Notes: generated by a model from the letters alone, not told the origin. A stretch of DNA of 64,000 nucleotides from Chitinophaga pinensis (GCA_945861965.1 CAMAWM010000009.1:1742-65741), one strand, 5' to 3'; numbered from the stretch's first letter, positions 21,352-31,671 are shown. A program made the numbers and translations.

Positions 21352-22548
21352 ATGAAATACGATTTTATACTAATAGGAGGAGGGATTGTTGGATTGGCTA
21401 GCGCATATAGTTTACTTAAAAAAGATTCAAGATTGAAAATTTGCATCCTTGAAAAAGAAAATGCCTTAGCTGCCCATCAGACAGGACATAACAGCGGTGT
21501 TATTCATTCCGGTATTTATTATAAGCCAGGAAGTTTAAAAGCTCAAAATTGTTTAGTTGGCTACCAAATGTTGATTGATTTTTGTGATGAGCATCAAATA
21601 AAATACGATTTATGTGGTAAGTTAATTGTAGCGGTTAGCGAAAATGAATTGCAAGAGTTAGATAAACTGTATCAGCGTGGATTAGAAAATGGATTAACTA
21701 AAATTGCTTTTGTAAATCAAGAGGCGATTAAAAATTTCGAGCCAAAACTTGCAGGCATTAAAGCCATTCATGTTCCATACACAGGTATAATTGACTATAC
21801 GCAAGTTTGCAAAAAATTAGCTGAGTTGGTTTTAAATATGGGAGCTGAAATCTTTACATCTCATAAAGTAGAAGACATTCAACATAATTTGAATGAAGTT
21901 GTAATAAATACCGAACAAGAAAGTTTTTTGACAAAGCAATACATTAACTGCGCTGGTTTGTTTAGCGATAAAATAGCTGCACTAAATAACAAAAAATTAG
22001 ATACTCGAATCATTCCATTTAGAGGCGAATATTATTTGTTAAAACCTGAACGAAGAAATTTAGTACGGAATTTAATTTACCCAGTTCCTGATCCTAACTT
22101 TCCTTTTTTGGGAGTTCACTTTACGCGAATGATTGATGGAGGAATTGAAGCCGGGCCAAATGCTGTATTTGCTTTTAAACGCGAAGGATACAAAATGAGT
22201 GATGTTGATTTGTTTGAACTTTACGAATCATTGTCGTGGCCTGGATTTCAAAAAGTGATGATGAAATATTGGAAAACAGGAATTGGAGAATTTTACCGTT
22301 CGTTCAGCAAAACAGCATTTACAAAAGCGCTTCAAAGATTAATTCCAGAAGTAAATGAAGATGATTTAATTGTAGCCGATGCAGGAGTTAGAGCTCAAGC
22401 ATGCGATAGAATGGGAGGATTAATTGACGATTTTAAAATTATAGAAGAGGCAAATGCCATTCATATCTTAAATGCGCCAAGCCCAGCAGCAACTTCTAGT
22501 CTAAGTATTGGAAATACAATTGCCGAATTGGCAATTAAACGTTTGTGA
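21352..22548 (+). CDS. lhgO: L-2-hydroxyglutarate oxidase
   Basis: GGGIVG FAD motif, HQTGHNSGVIHSGIYY.PGSLKA, YPVPDP.FPFLGVH, NAPSPAATSSL. Confidence 0.93.
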   Translation: MKYDFILIGGGIVGLASAYSLLKKDSRLKICILEKENALAAHQTGHNSGVIHSGIYYKPGSLKAQNCLVGYQMLIDFCDEHQIKYDLCGKLIVAVSENELQELDKLYQRGLENGLTKIAFVNQEAIKNFEPKLAGIKAIHVPYTGIIDYTQVCKKLAELVLNMGAEIFTSHKVEDIQHNLNEVVINTEQESFLTKQYINCAGLFSDKIAALNNKKLDTRIIPFRGEYYLLKPERRNLVRNLIYPVPDPNFPFLGVHFTRMIDGGIEAGPNAVFAFKREGYKMSDVDLFELYESLSWPGFQKVMMKYWKTGIGEFYRSFSKTAFTKALQRLIPEVNEDDLIVADAGVRAQACDRMGGLIDDFKIIEEANAIHILNAPSPAATSSLSIGNTIAELAIKRL

Positions 22549-22570
22549 TTTTTAAAAATATGAATTTGCA

Positions 22571-22684
22571 ATGAAACGAAAAACATTACTATTGACAATT
22601 GCTGGAATTGTTTTGATATCGTCTTTGCTTTTTGCGATTCCAAAAACAAGGATTGGATCTTTTTCCTATGGTAGGTGTCAATAA
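22571..22684 (+). CDS. possible 37-aa membrane/secreted peptide (not in ORF track)
   Basis: MKRKTLLLTIAGIVLISSLLFAIPKTRIGSFSYGRCQ*: basic N-terminus plus hydrophobic core, filling the lhgO-thioesterase gap. Confidence 0.35.
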   Translation: MKRKTLLLTIAGIVLISSLLFAIPKTRIGSFSYGRCQ

Positions 22685-22715
22685 AAAAAGCTTCCTTAAA
22701 TAATAATCAAATAAG

Positions 22716-23135
22716 ATGTTTACACACGAAACAAAAATAAGAGTTCGCTATGCAGAAACCGACCAAATGGGATATGTATACTATGGAAATTTTGCGCAAT
22801 ACTACGAAGTGGCGCGTGTTGAATCAATGCGAAGTTTTGGTTTGACATATAAAGAAATGGAAAAAGATGGAGTGATGATGCCTGTACTTAAATTAGTTTG
22901 CAATTATTTTAAACCTGCCAAATACGATGATTTATTAAGCATCAAACTTTGCTTGAAAAAAATGCCAGGAGTTCGAATTCACTTTTATTTTGAAACCTAT
23001 AACGAAGAAAATATTTTACTCAATACGGGCGAAGTTGAATTGGTTTTTATAAATACAGTTACAAAGCGACCAACTAAATGTCCGCAAAATCTTTTGGATA
23101 AATTAGCACCCTATTTTATAAAAAAAAATTCGTAA
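22716..23135 (+). CDS. YbgC/FadM-family acyl-CoA thioesterase
   Basis: RVRYAETDQMGYVYYGN hotdog-fold motif. Confidence 0.92.
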   Translation: MFTHETKIRVRYAETDQMGYVYYGNFAQYYEVARVESMRSFGLTYKEMEKDGVMMPVLKLVCNYFKPAKYDDLLSIKLCLKKMPGVRIHFYFETYNEENILLNTGEVELVFINTVTKRPTKCPQNLLDKLAPYFIKKNS

Positions 23136-23166
23136 TTTAAATTCAATTACTTTTGCAAAGCGAAAA

Positions 23167-24156
23167 ATGAAACGGTTAAAGATTCTACATACAAGGCCTG
23201 TAAAGTGGCTTTATACTATTACGCAAAAGATTTCATTTCCTGGCGATAAAGATTTATCGATATACGCAGTGCTTGAATTTTTTGTCAGGTCTTTTAACAA
23301 AAAAGATATTCAGATGCGAACTTCAGCACTTTCGTTTTCTTTTTTTCTTTCGCTTTTCCCAACTGCTATTTTCTTTTTTACATTGATTGCGTACATGCCA
23401 ATTCAGCAGGATAAGGATAAGATTTTACTTTTTATTGCTCAATTGATACCAAGCAATGCATACGAAACAATACGCGAAACGCTGGATGATATTTTAAATA
23501 ATCAACACGGAAATCTTTTGTCAATTGGGTTTTTTTCGGCATTGTTTTTTTCAACCAATGGTTTTCATTCTTTAATGAATTCATTGAATAAATACAGCCA
23601 TACAAAAGACAATCGGCCTTATTGGAAACAAAGAATGGTTGCAGTTGGTTTAGCATTTTTTGTTTCGGCATTAATTTTTGTATCCGTTTTGCTACTTACA
23701 GTTGGCGGAATTGTGATTGAGTGGATTGATGAAAAAGGACTTATCCCAAAAGGCGGAGCAGCATTTACACTAAATGTTTTGAATTATGTTGTTGTAGCTG
23801 GAATTTGTCTGGCAATTATTTCCGCAATATTTTATTATGCACCAGCAAAAGCAAGAAAATTTAAATTGTTTTCTCTAGGAGCAGTATTTACTTGTATCGT
23901 AATTTTGATTACTACAACTGGGTTTTCGTATTATGTAAACAACTTCAACATGTATAATAAAGTATATGGATCCATTGGCGTTTTGATTGTAATAATGATG
24001 TTAATTTATATCAATACTTATATTTTATTAATGGGTTACGAATTGAATGTATCGATTGAAATGGCTAGAGATCAAAAGAAAAAATTCAAAGATTATCAGC
24101 AACGTAGCAATCGAATAATTTATTTAGAAGACACTTTGAAAGATAACAGTTTGTAA
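23167..24156 (+). CDS. YihY/virulence factor BrkB family membrane protein
   Basis: SALSFSFFLSLFP, YNKVYGSIG...LLMGYELN. Confidence 0.9.
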   Translation: MKRLKILHTRPVKWLYTITQKISFPGDKDLSIYAVLEFFVRSFNKKDIQMRTSALSFSFFLSLFPTAIFFFTLIAYMPIQQDKDKILLFIAQLIPSNAYETIRETLDDILNNQHGNLLSIGFFSALFFSTNGFHSLMNSLNKYSHTKDNRPYWKQRMVAVGLAFFVSALIFVSVLLLTVGGIVIEWIDEKGLIPKGGAAFTLNVLNYVVVAGICLAIISAIFYYAPAKARKFKLFSLGAVFTCIVILITTTGFSYYVNNFNMYNKVYGSIGVLIVIMMLIYINTYILLMGYELNVSIEMARDQKKKFKDYQQRSNRIIYLEDTLKDNSL

Positions 24157-24166
24157 GTAGCAACAC

Positions 24167-25507
24167 ATGAACAAAACAACTTTAATACGCAACGCAACTA
24201 TTGTAAATGATGGAGAAATATTTACTGCAGATGTTTTTATAAAAGATGGTTTTATTGACAAAATAAATAAATCTGGGATTGAAATTTCTGCTGATATAGT
24301 TATAGATGCCAAAGGGAAATATTTGTTGCCTGGTGTTATTGACGACCAAGTTCATTTTCGCGAGCCCGGATTAACTCAAAAAGGAGAAATTTATACAGAA
24401 GCCAAAGCGGCTGTTGCTGGTGGGGTTACTTCATTTATGGAAATGCCAAACACATTTCCTGCTGCAACTACCATTGAATTGCTCGAACAAAAATATGCTC
24501 GAGCAAAAGAATGTTCCTTAGCAAATTATTCTTTTTTCATGGGCGCAAGCAATTCCAATTTAGACGAATTGCTTCGTGTGAATGAAAAAGAAGTTTGTGG
24601 AGTAAAAATTTTTATGGGAAGCAGTACTGGCGTAATGTTAGTTGATAATCAAAAAGCACTTGAAAATATTTTTGCAAATGTTCAAACATTAATTGCAACG
24701 CATTGTGAAGACGATTCAATCATAAAAGCAAATGCTGACAGGTTGAAGCAAAAATTTGGAGAGGACATTTCATTAAAATACCATCCAATTATTCGAAGTG
24801 CTGAAGCGTGTTATTCTTCATCAAGCTATGCTGTTGATTTAGCTAAAAAATTCAATACCCGATTGCATATTTTACATATTAGTACAGCAAAAGAATTGGA
24901 GCTTTTTAGTAACGATGTTTCTTTAAACGAAAAAAGAATTACATCAGAGGCGTGCATTCATCACCTTTGGTTTTGCGATGAAGATTACGAAACAAAAGGA
25001 AATTACATTAAATGGAATCCAGCAATAAAAACCGCAGCAGATAGAGATGCAATTTTTGCCGCATTGCTTGATGGAAAAATTGATGTAGTTGCGACAGATC
25101 ATGCGCCACACACGCTTGAAGAAAAACAACAAAAATATTTTAATGCGGCTTCTGGCGGACCATTAGTTCAACATAGCTTACAAGCCATGTTGCAATTTTA
25201 TCAGCAACAAAAAATCAGCTTAGAAAAAGTGGTAGAAAAGATGTGTCACAATCCGGCAATTCTATTTAATGTAGATAGGAGAGGTTTTGTTAAGGAAGGA
25301 TTTTATGCCGATTTGGTTTTAGTTAATTTGAATAAATCTTACACCGTTTCAAAAGAAAATATTTTATACAAATGCGGCTGGAGTCCATTTGAAGGAACTA
25401 CATTTAATTCAACAATTGAGAAAACATTTGTTAATGGCAACTTAGTTTTCGATAACGGAGAATTTGAAGAAGAGAAAAAGGGAATGCGTCTGAAGTTTTT
25501 GAGGTAA
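24167..25507 (+). CDS. pyrC: dihydroorotase (multifunctional-complex type)
   Basis: PGVIDDQVHFREPG, EMPNT, KWNP, ATDHAPH, KCGWSPFEG. Confidence 0.9.
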   Translation: MNKTTLIRNATIVNDGEIFTADVFIKDGFIDKINKSGIEISADIVIDAKGKYLLPGVIDDQVHFREPGLTQKGEIYTEAKAAVAGGVTSFMEMPNTFPAATTIELLEQKYARAKECSLANYSFFMGASNSNLDELLRVNEKEVCGVKIFMGSSTGVMLVDNQKALENIFANVQTLIATHCEDDSIIKANADRLKQKFGEDISLKYHPIIRSAEACYSSSSYAVDLAKKFNTRLHILHISTAKELELFSNDVSLNEKRITSEACIHHLWFCDEDYETKGNYIKWNPAIKTAADRDAIFAALLDGKIDVVATDHAPHTLEEKQQKYFNAASGGPLVQHSLQAMLQFYQQQKISLEKVVEKMCHNPAILFNVDRRGFVKEGFYADLVLVNLNKSYTVSKENILYKCGWSPFEGTTFNSTIEKTFVNGNLVFDNGEFEEEKKGMRLKFLR

Positions 25508-25621
25508 ATTATAGTAGCTTTGCGGCTGTTGTTAAAGAACTAAGTTTTTTAAAATTTGAAAGCAAATCTCGGCTACGAAAAAAAATTACAACTTTCCATA
25601 TCTTCGCAAAAATCAATTGTT

Positions 25622-25981
25622 ATGAAATCAATTTTTCTTTTTCTGTTTTTCAGTTTGGTTGCAATAGCCACTTTTAGTCAAAGCAAGGATTCAAAAATTA
25701 ATGTACCCGATTCAACTAAAAAAATAATTACACTGGATGCTTCTTGCGGCAGTTGCCAATTGGGTTTGAAAGGTGATGATTGTTTATTGGCCGTTCGTAT
25801 AGATGGAAAATCGTATTATGTAACTGGCTCAGGAATTGATGATCACGGGGACGCACATGGAACAGACGGATTTTGTAATGCTATTCGCAAAGCAGAAGCA
25901 CAGGGAACCATTGTTGATAATCGCTTTGTAGCTACTTATTTTAAACTACTTTTGCCGCAGAAAAAAACTTCTAAAAAATAA
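25622..25981 (+). CDS. DUF6370 family secreted Cys/His-rich protein
   Basis: Signal peptide; ASCGSCQ..L...C.LAVRIDGK.Y.V.G..IDDHGDAH..DGFCN; start refined to ATG 25622. Confidence 0.75.
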   Translation: MKSIFLFLFFSLVAIATFSQSKDSKINVPDSTKKIITLDASCGSCQLGLKGDDCLLAVRIDGKSYYVTGSGIDDHGDAHGTDGFCNAIRKAEAQGTIVDNRFVATYFKLLLPQKKTSKK

Positions 25982-26027
25982 AGAAGCCATCGAACAGACA
26001 TTTGGTTAAATTTTTTGCGGTAAATAA

Positions 26028-27125
26028 TTACACATTAAATTTAAAGTGCAAAACATCGCCATCTTTAACAAGATATTCTTTGCCTTCCATACGCAAAGCA
26101 CCGGCTTCTCGACAACCTGATTCCGATTCGTATTTTTTATAATCTTCAAATGCAATGGTTTCGGCTTTGATAAAGCCACGCTCAAAATCGGTATGAATAA
26201 CTCCAGCTGCTCCTGGCGCTTTTGTTCCATCGGTTATTGTCCAAGCTCTAACTTCAACTACACCTGCAGTAAAATAAGTGATAAGATTTAATAGTTTATA
26301 TGCCGATTTAATAAGTTTAGAAACTCCAGATTCTGTCAAACCCAAGTCGTTTAAAAATAACATTCGCTCTTCGTAAGTTTCCAATTGTGTAATTTCACTT
26401 TCGATTTCCGCGCTAATAATTAAAACTTCTGCATTTTCATTGGCAACGTTTTCTTTTACTAATTGCACATACTTATTTCCATTTGCTACGCTTGCTTCAT
26501 CTACGTTGCATACATACATAACAGGCTTTGCAGTAAGCAAAAACAAATCGGCAACATGTTCTTTATCTGTTTCGCTAACATCAATACTTCTTGCTGATTT
26601 TCCTTCTTCAAAATGAACCTTGTATTTCAGTAAAATTGTTTCCGCTTTTACTGCATCTTTATCTCCAGTTTTTGCAGCACGAGATACTTTTTGTAATTTT
26701 TTTTCTACCGAATCTAAATCCTTCAATTGCAATTCAGCGTCAATAATTTCTTTATCGCGAATTGGATTTACTGATCCGTCAACATGTATCACATTGTCGT
26801 TGTCAAAACAACGCAACACATGAATAATTGCATCTGTGTTTCGAATATTCCCTAAAAATTGATTTCCTAATCCTTCTCCTTTGCTTGCGCCTTTTACCAA
26901 TCCGGCAATGTCAACAATCTCAATAGTTGTAGGTATGATTTTTTGCGGAGAAACCAATTTTGCTAAATCATTCAACCGTTCATCAGGCACTGTAATTACA
27001 CCAACATTTGGTTCTATTGTACAAAACGGAAAGTTTGCAGCTTGTGCTTTTGCATTGCTTAAGCAATTAAATAAAGTTGATTTTCCTACATTGGGCAAGC
27101 CCACAATTCCGCACTGTAATGACAT
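26028..27125 (-). CDS. ychF: redox-regulated ATPase YchF
   Basis: GIVGLPNVGKST, ANFPFCTIEPN, DIAGLV.GAS.GEGLGN, TGS domain. Confidence 0.97.
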   Translation of the reverse strand: MSLQCGIVGLPNVGKSTLFNCLSNAKAQAANFPFCTIEPNVGVITVPDERLNDLAKLVSPQKIIPTTIEIVDIAGLVKGASKGEGLGNQFLGNIRNTDAIIHVLRCFDNDNVIHVDGSVNPIRDKEIIDAELQLKDLDSVEKKLQKVSRAAKTGDKDAVKAETILLKYKVHFEEGKSARSIDVSETDKEHVADLFLLTAKPVMYVCNVDEASVANGNKYVQLVKENVANENAEVLIISAEIESEITQLETYEERMLFLNDLGLTESGVSKLIKSAYKLLNLITYFTAGVVEVRAWTITDGTKAPGAAGVIHTDFERGFIKAETIAFEDYKKYESESGCREAGALRMEGKEYLVKDGDVLHFKFNV

Positions 27126-27190
27126 GTTTAAATTTTAATTTGTTGATGATTTATTTTGAATTCATTTTTAATTTAATAAACTTCTAAAAG

Positions 27191-28600
27191 TTAAATTAAA
27201 TGTTTGATATCCATTATCATTTTTTCGGCTAAGTGCTTAGCGGTTGATTCGCTTGCGCTTTCTGCATAGATACGGATGATAGGTTCTGTATTTGATTTTC
27301 TTAGATGAACCCACTCTTTTTCAAATTCTATTTTCAATCCATCTGTTGAATTCAATGGTTGTTTTTTGTATTTTTCTTTTAGTTTTATAAATAACTCGTC
27401 AATATTTATCGAATCGTCTAAATCAATTTTCTTTTTCGCAATAAAATAATTTGGATAAGACGCACGTAACATGGAACAAATTTTATTGCTTTTGGCTAAG
27501 TGTGATAAAAACAATGCTATTCCAACCATCGCGTCACGACCATAATGCAATGCAGGATAAATAATTCCACCATTGCCTTCGCCTCCAATTACAGAATGTG
27601 TTTCTTTCATTTCGTTTACCACATTCACTTCGCCAACTGCACTTGCGCTATAACTTGCGTTGTTTTTTTCTGCAATATCTGCCAAAGCACGAGTTGAAGA
27701 AAGATTAGAAACAGTGTGTTTTTTAAGATGTAACTTTTTCAATTCCGCATCCGAAATATTTTTTAAAACATAATCAGCGATAGAAACCAAAGTATATTCT
27801 TCGCCAAACAAACTACCGTCTTCGCTTACCAAAGCCAGTCTATCAACATCGGGATCAACAGCAATTCCTAAATCAGCACCTACTCTTTTAACTTCTGCCG
27901 AAATGGTTGAAAGGTTTTCGGGTAATGGTTCCGGATTGTGCGGAAATTTTCCATCAGGAGTACAATAAAGTTCAACGATGTCATCAACGCCCAATGCTTT
28001 TAATAACATGGGAACTGCAATTCCGCCCGAAGAGTTTACTGCATCAACTACTATTTTAAATTTCTTTTCTTTGATTGCATTCACATCAACCAAATCCAAT
28101 TTTAGAATTTCGTCAATATGCTTTTTTATATACTCATTGCTTTCAGTAATTTTTCCGAGCGTGTCAACTTCTGCAAAAACAATTTCGCCACTTTCAGCAA
28201 GTGCTAAAACTTTTTTCCCAAATGCATCCGAAATAAATTCACCAGAAGAATTTAATAACTTTAAAGCATTCCATTGTTTTGGATTATGACTAGCGGTTAA
28301 AATAATTCCACCTTGAGCATTCTCCATCATCACAGCCATTTCAACTGTTGGTGTAGTTGATAATCCTAAATCCAGCACATCAATTCCCAATCCAGATAAT
28401 GTTGCCGAAACCAATCGATTTAACATGTCTCCACTTAGTCTTGCGTCTCTGCCAAGAACAATTTTGCAGTTTTTGTGTTTGCCTTTTATAAGTGAGCCAA
28501 ATGCAGAAGTATATTTTACAATATCAATTGGAGTTAGTGAATCGCCTGCTTTTCCACCAATTGTACCACGAATTCCAGAAATAGATTTAATGAGTGTCAA
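27191..28600 (-). CDS. glmM: phosphoglucosamine mutase / phosphomannomutase
   Basis: TASHNP phosphoserine loop, DPDVDR, GGEGNGG, RKSNTEP. Confidence 0.88.
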   Translation of the reverse strand: MTLIKSISGIRGTIGGKAGDSLTPIDIVKYTSAFGSLIKGKHKNCKIVLGRDARLSGDMLNRLVSATLSGLGIDVLDLGLSTTPTVEMAVMMENAQGGIILTASHNPKQWNALKLLNSSGEFISDAFGKKVLALAESGEIVFAEVDTLGKITESNEYIKKHIDEILKLDLVDVNAIKEKKFKIVVDAVNSSGGIAVPMLLKALGVDDIVELYCTPDGKFPHNPEPLPENLSTISAEVKRVGADLGIAVDPDVDRLALVSEDGSLFGEEYTLVSIADYVLKNISDAELKKLHLKKHTVSNLSSTRALADIAEKNNASYSASAVGEVNVVNEMKETHSVIGGEGNGGIIYPALHYGRDAMVGIALFLSHLAKSNKICSMLRASYPNYFIAKKKIDLDDSINIDELFIKLKEKYKKQPLNSTDGLKIEFEKEWVHLRKSNTEPIIRIYAESASESTAKHLAEKMIMDIKHLI

Positions 28601-28742
28601 ATTTTAATTTAATAATTTTAGTGTGCAAAAGTAATGTATTTAAGCCAATTGAATCAGCTCAATTTGACTAATGAATATCAACATTTACTCGCAACTGTAC
28701 ATGAAAAGCGATTTCATTTTGTAAGCAATGCAAATACAATCC

Positions 28743-29870
28743 TTAAATCAGAGATTTGTAAAGGTTTATTATTTCTGAGCTAATTTTTTCAGCATTAAAT
28801 TTTTCCGCTTGTTCCAACCCGTTTTTAATACAATTTCCTCTAAGTGTCGTATCTGAAATTATCCTGTTTATTAAGCCAGCAAGCTGCTTATCGTCTTTTG
28901 TATCCATCTGTAAACATGCATTTCCACCAACTTCTGGCAAGGATGAAGTGTTAGAAATAATAGTTGGCGTTCCGCATCGCATTGACTCCAAAACGGGAAT
29001 GCCAAATCCTTCAAATTCTGAAATGTAAACTGAACAAATTGCAGATTGATAAAGTGATGGCAATTCTGTTTTTTCAAAATAAGGAATAAAAACAACTCTA
29101 TCTGCCAACTTGTTTTTAGAAATATACCTTTTTATTTTATTTACATAATCGCTTTGGTTTCCGGCAAGCACAATTTTAACAGATTTGTCTTCAATTTTCC
29201 CAATTGATTTTACGAGTGTCAACTGATTTTTTCGTTCTTCAATTGTTCCAACCGATAAAATATATTTTTCAGAAAGTCCGTATTTTCGTTTAACAATGTT
29301 GCAAAATTCAACATCCATTTTATTATTAAATACTTCATCGCAATTCTGGTAAATCACGTTAATTTTAGAGCTGCTAATTCCAAAAAAATCTACACTATCA
29401 GATTTGGTTTGCTGGCTCACACTAATAACGGAATCAGCATTTTGTGCGGCTCGTCTAAATTTCTTTTTGTAAATCCGTTTGTCAATAAAATTATAGTATT
29501 GAGGGAAGCGCAAAAAAATTAAATCGTGAATTGTTACCACAGATTTTACAGTACTTTCTGCAATTCTATGCGGCAACTCATTGCTTAATCCATGAAACAG
29601 ATCAATCTTGTGTTTTTCTAAGATTTTGGTTAGCCAAATACTTCTCCATGTGGCTGGGAATTTTTTATGAATGAATTTTTCAGGGGTAATTATTTTAACA
29701 TTTTCTTGATGAGTAAAATAATTCTTGAATCTATTGCTTACGCGTGGAGTAAATAAATAGTATTCGTTTTCGGGATAAAATTTTATTAGGGACGAGATTA
29801 CAAATCGACTGTAGTTTCCCAAGCCGGTCGAATTATTAAAAGCTCTTTTGGCATCAAACCCTATTTTCAT
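28743..29870 (-). CDS. GT4 family glycosyltransferase
   Basis: IGFDAKR..N.TGLGNYSR, VTIHDLIF, EGFGIPVLE motif. Confidence 0.92.
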   Translation of the reverse strand: MKIGFDAKRAFNNSTGLGNYSRFVISSLIKFYPENEYYLFTPRVSNRFKNYFTHQENVKIITPEKFIHKKFPATWRSIWLTKILEKHKIDLFHGLSNELPHRIAESTVKSVVTIHDLIFLRFPQYYNFIDKRIYKKKFRRAAQNADSVISVSQQTKSDSVDFFGISSSKINVIYQNCDEVFNNKMDVEFCNIVKRKYGLSEKYILSVGTIEERKNQLTLVKSIGKIEDKSVKIVLAGNQSDYVNKIKRYISKNKLADRVVFIPYFEKTELPSLYQSAICSVYISEFEGFGIPVLESMRCGTPTIISNTSSLPEVGGNACLQMDTKDDKQLAGLINRIISDTTLRGNCIKNGLEQAEKFNAEKISSEIINLYKSLI

Positions 29871-29875
29871 TTTTA

Positions 29876-30688
29876 TTACACAGCTACATTATACTCTCTC
29901 AATGCTTCGTTCAACGAAGTTTTTGTATTGGTCGATTCTTTTCTTTGTCCAATTATCAATGCGCAAGGAACTTGAAAATCTCCAGCAGCAAATTTCTTGG
30001 TATAACTTCCAGGAATAACAACAGATCTTGAAGGAACCACGCCTTTATATTCTTTAGGTTCAGATCCCGTTACATCAATAATTTTAGTGCTCATTGTAAT
30101 AGTTACTCCCGCACCAAGCACAGCCTCTTTTTCAATTCGAACGCCCTCAACTACAATACATCTTGAACCAATAAAACAATTGTCTTCAACAATTACAGGC
30201 GCTGCTTGAATGGGCTCTAAAACTCCGCCAATTCCAACCCCACCGCTTAAATGAACATTTTTTCCGATTTGTGCGCAGCTTCCTACTGTAGCCCAAGTAT
30301 CCACCATCGCTCCTTCGTCAACATAAGCGCCAATGTTTACATACGATGGCATTAATATAACACCGCGCTGCAAAAAAGATCCATATCGAGCAATAGCATG
30401 AGGAACTACTCTAACGCCAAGTTCGGCATAATTGGTTTTGAGTTTCATTTTATCGTAAAACTCCATTGGACCAGCATGAAATGTTTCCATTTTTTGAATA
30501 GGGAAATACAATATAACTGCCTTTTTTACCCATTCGTTTACTTGCCAACCAGATGCTGTTGGCTCTGCAGTTCTAAGTTTTCCTTTGTCAAGCAATTCTA
30601 TCACTTCATTGATTGCTATTTGAGTAGATTTCTCGCTAAGCAATTCTCTATTGTCCCAAGCTTGTTCTATAATTTGTTGTAATTTCAT
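29876..30688 (-). CDS. dapD: 2,3,4,5-tetrahydropyridine-2,6-dicarboxylate N-succinyltransferase
   Basis: WQVNEWVKKAV, MPSYVNIGAYVD, DTWATVGSCAQIG, GGVLEP; true start ATG 30688 (the track ORF is over-extended). Confidence 0.96.
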   Translation of the reverse strand: MKLQQIIEQAWDNRELLSEKSTQIAINEVIELLDKGKLRTAEPTASGWQVNEWVKKAVILYFPIQKMETFHAGPMEFYDKMKLKTNYAELGVRVVPHAIARYGSFLQRGVILMPSYVNIGAYVDEGAMVDTWATVGSCAQIGKNVHLSGGVGIGGVLEPIQAAPVIVEDNCFIGSRCIVVEGVRIEKEAVLGAGVTITMSTKIIDVTGSEPKEYKGVVPSRSVVIPGSYTKKFAAGDFQVPCALIIGQRKESTNTKTSLNEALREYNVAV

Positions 30689-30704
30689 GGCTTCAATGAT
30701 AGTT

Positions 30705-30737
30705 AAAATAAAAAAACCTCGCAATTTTACGAGGTTT
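30705..30737 (-). terminator. terminator-like hairpin directly upstream of dapD
   Basis: Minus strand AAACCTCGTAA-aa-TTGCGAGGTTT followed by a T-run. Confidence 0.65.
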
Positions 30738-30785
30738 AATTTGGGTGCAAATAAAATTTGCGAAAGAGGGAAACATTTTATGTAC

Positions 30786-31379
30786 TTAAGGAAAAGTAAT
30801 GGTACTTTGTTGATTACATTTAATTGTTCCTGAATAACTTTTATCAATCGGAGTTGTAGTAAATCCGCTAATTTGAAGCACGCGTGCAGTGTAATTTCCA
30901 AGAGGCAAATTTACCAATGATTTAGGCGCACCAGCGGCTACATCAAAAACCAAAACGCCATTATAATATACATGATATGGATCGGGCGAAATGTTTAAAA
31001 AACTCAATGTTCCGGTACTTATTAATACAGATGAAGCCGTATCACTTCCGTTGACTGTAATTGCTACAGGTGTTTTTGTTTTGCCGTTATAATTGTTTTG
31101 ACATCCTTTGCTAGCAAGCCAATAATAAACAGAAATTGGAATTTTTGAAAAAGTTACATAACCAAAAGTGTCAGACATCTGAGAAGCAACTAAATTAGTT
31201 TTGTTTGTGAAATCAGCTTGGCTTTTGAACAACTCAACCAATGTCGAAGTCATCGCTTTGTTAAGATTATTAACTAATTTAATTTTTAAACTGCCAGTTG
31301 GCACTTCATTGCTTTCGTCTTTGTTGCAATTTGTAAAGCCCAAGGATAAACAGGCAAGCAGGAAAAATATTTTATTCAT
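30786..31379 (-). CDS. putative surface lipoprotein with two beta-sandwich (prealbumin/Ig-like) domains
   Basis: Lipobox FTNC followed by NKDES (K-D/E lipoprotein export signal-like); TGSL.I / TGTL.F domain starts; start refined to ATG 31379. Confidence 0.65.
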   Translation of the reverse strand: MNKIFFLLACLSLGFTNCNKDESNEVPTGSLKIKLVNNLNKAMTSTLVELFKSQADFTNKTNLVASQMSDTFGYVTFSKIPISVYYWLASKGCQNNYNGKTKTPVAITVNGSDTASSVLISTGTLSFLNISPDPYHVYYNGVLVFDVAAGAPKSLVNLPLGNYTARVLQISGFTTTPIDKSYSGTIKCNQQSTITFP

Positions 31380-31469
31380 TTTTTTTAATTTTATAAAACT
31401 GACGCAATGTAATTTTTCTAAAGAAAAAAACAAAATCCAGATTGATTTAATGGGTTTTTCGATAGCTGT

Positions 31470-31503
31470 AAATAAAAAAACCTCGCAGAATTGCGAGGTT
31501 TTG
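31470..31503 (-). terminator. intrinsic terminator of tRNA-Arg(TCT)
   Basis: Minus strand AAAACCTCGCA-attc-TGCGAGGTTTT followed by a T-run. Confidence 0.85.
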
Positions 31504-31577
31504 TAGTCCCTGAAGGGCTCGAACCTTCGACCTACGGTTTAGAAAACCGTTGCTCTATCCAGCTGAGCTAAGAGACC
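31504..31577 (-). tRNA. tRNA-Arg(TCT)
   Basis: GGTCTCTTAGCTCAGCTGGATAGAGCA-ACGGT-TTTCTAA-ACCGT-AGGTCGAAGGTTCGAGCCCTTCAGGGACTA cloverleaf; no encoded CCA. Confidence 0.95.
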
Positions 31578-31671
31578 AATTTTTTGAGGTGCAAAGAAAA
31601 TTTATTTTTCCACTTTTGCCAAAAACATTTTTAGTATTAAATAATCTGCATTAATTTGAAGTTGTAAAACG

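Noticed and set aside
30689-30901. N-terminal extension of DapD in the ORF track
   Set aside because: Overlaps the neighbouring gene and a terminator-like hairpin; DapD homology starts at ATG 30688.
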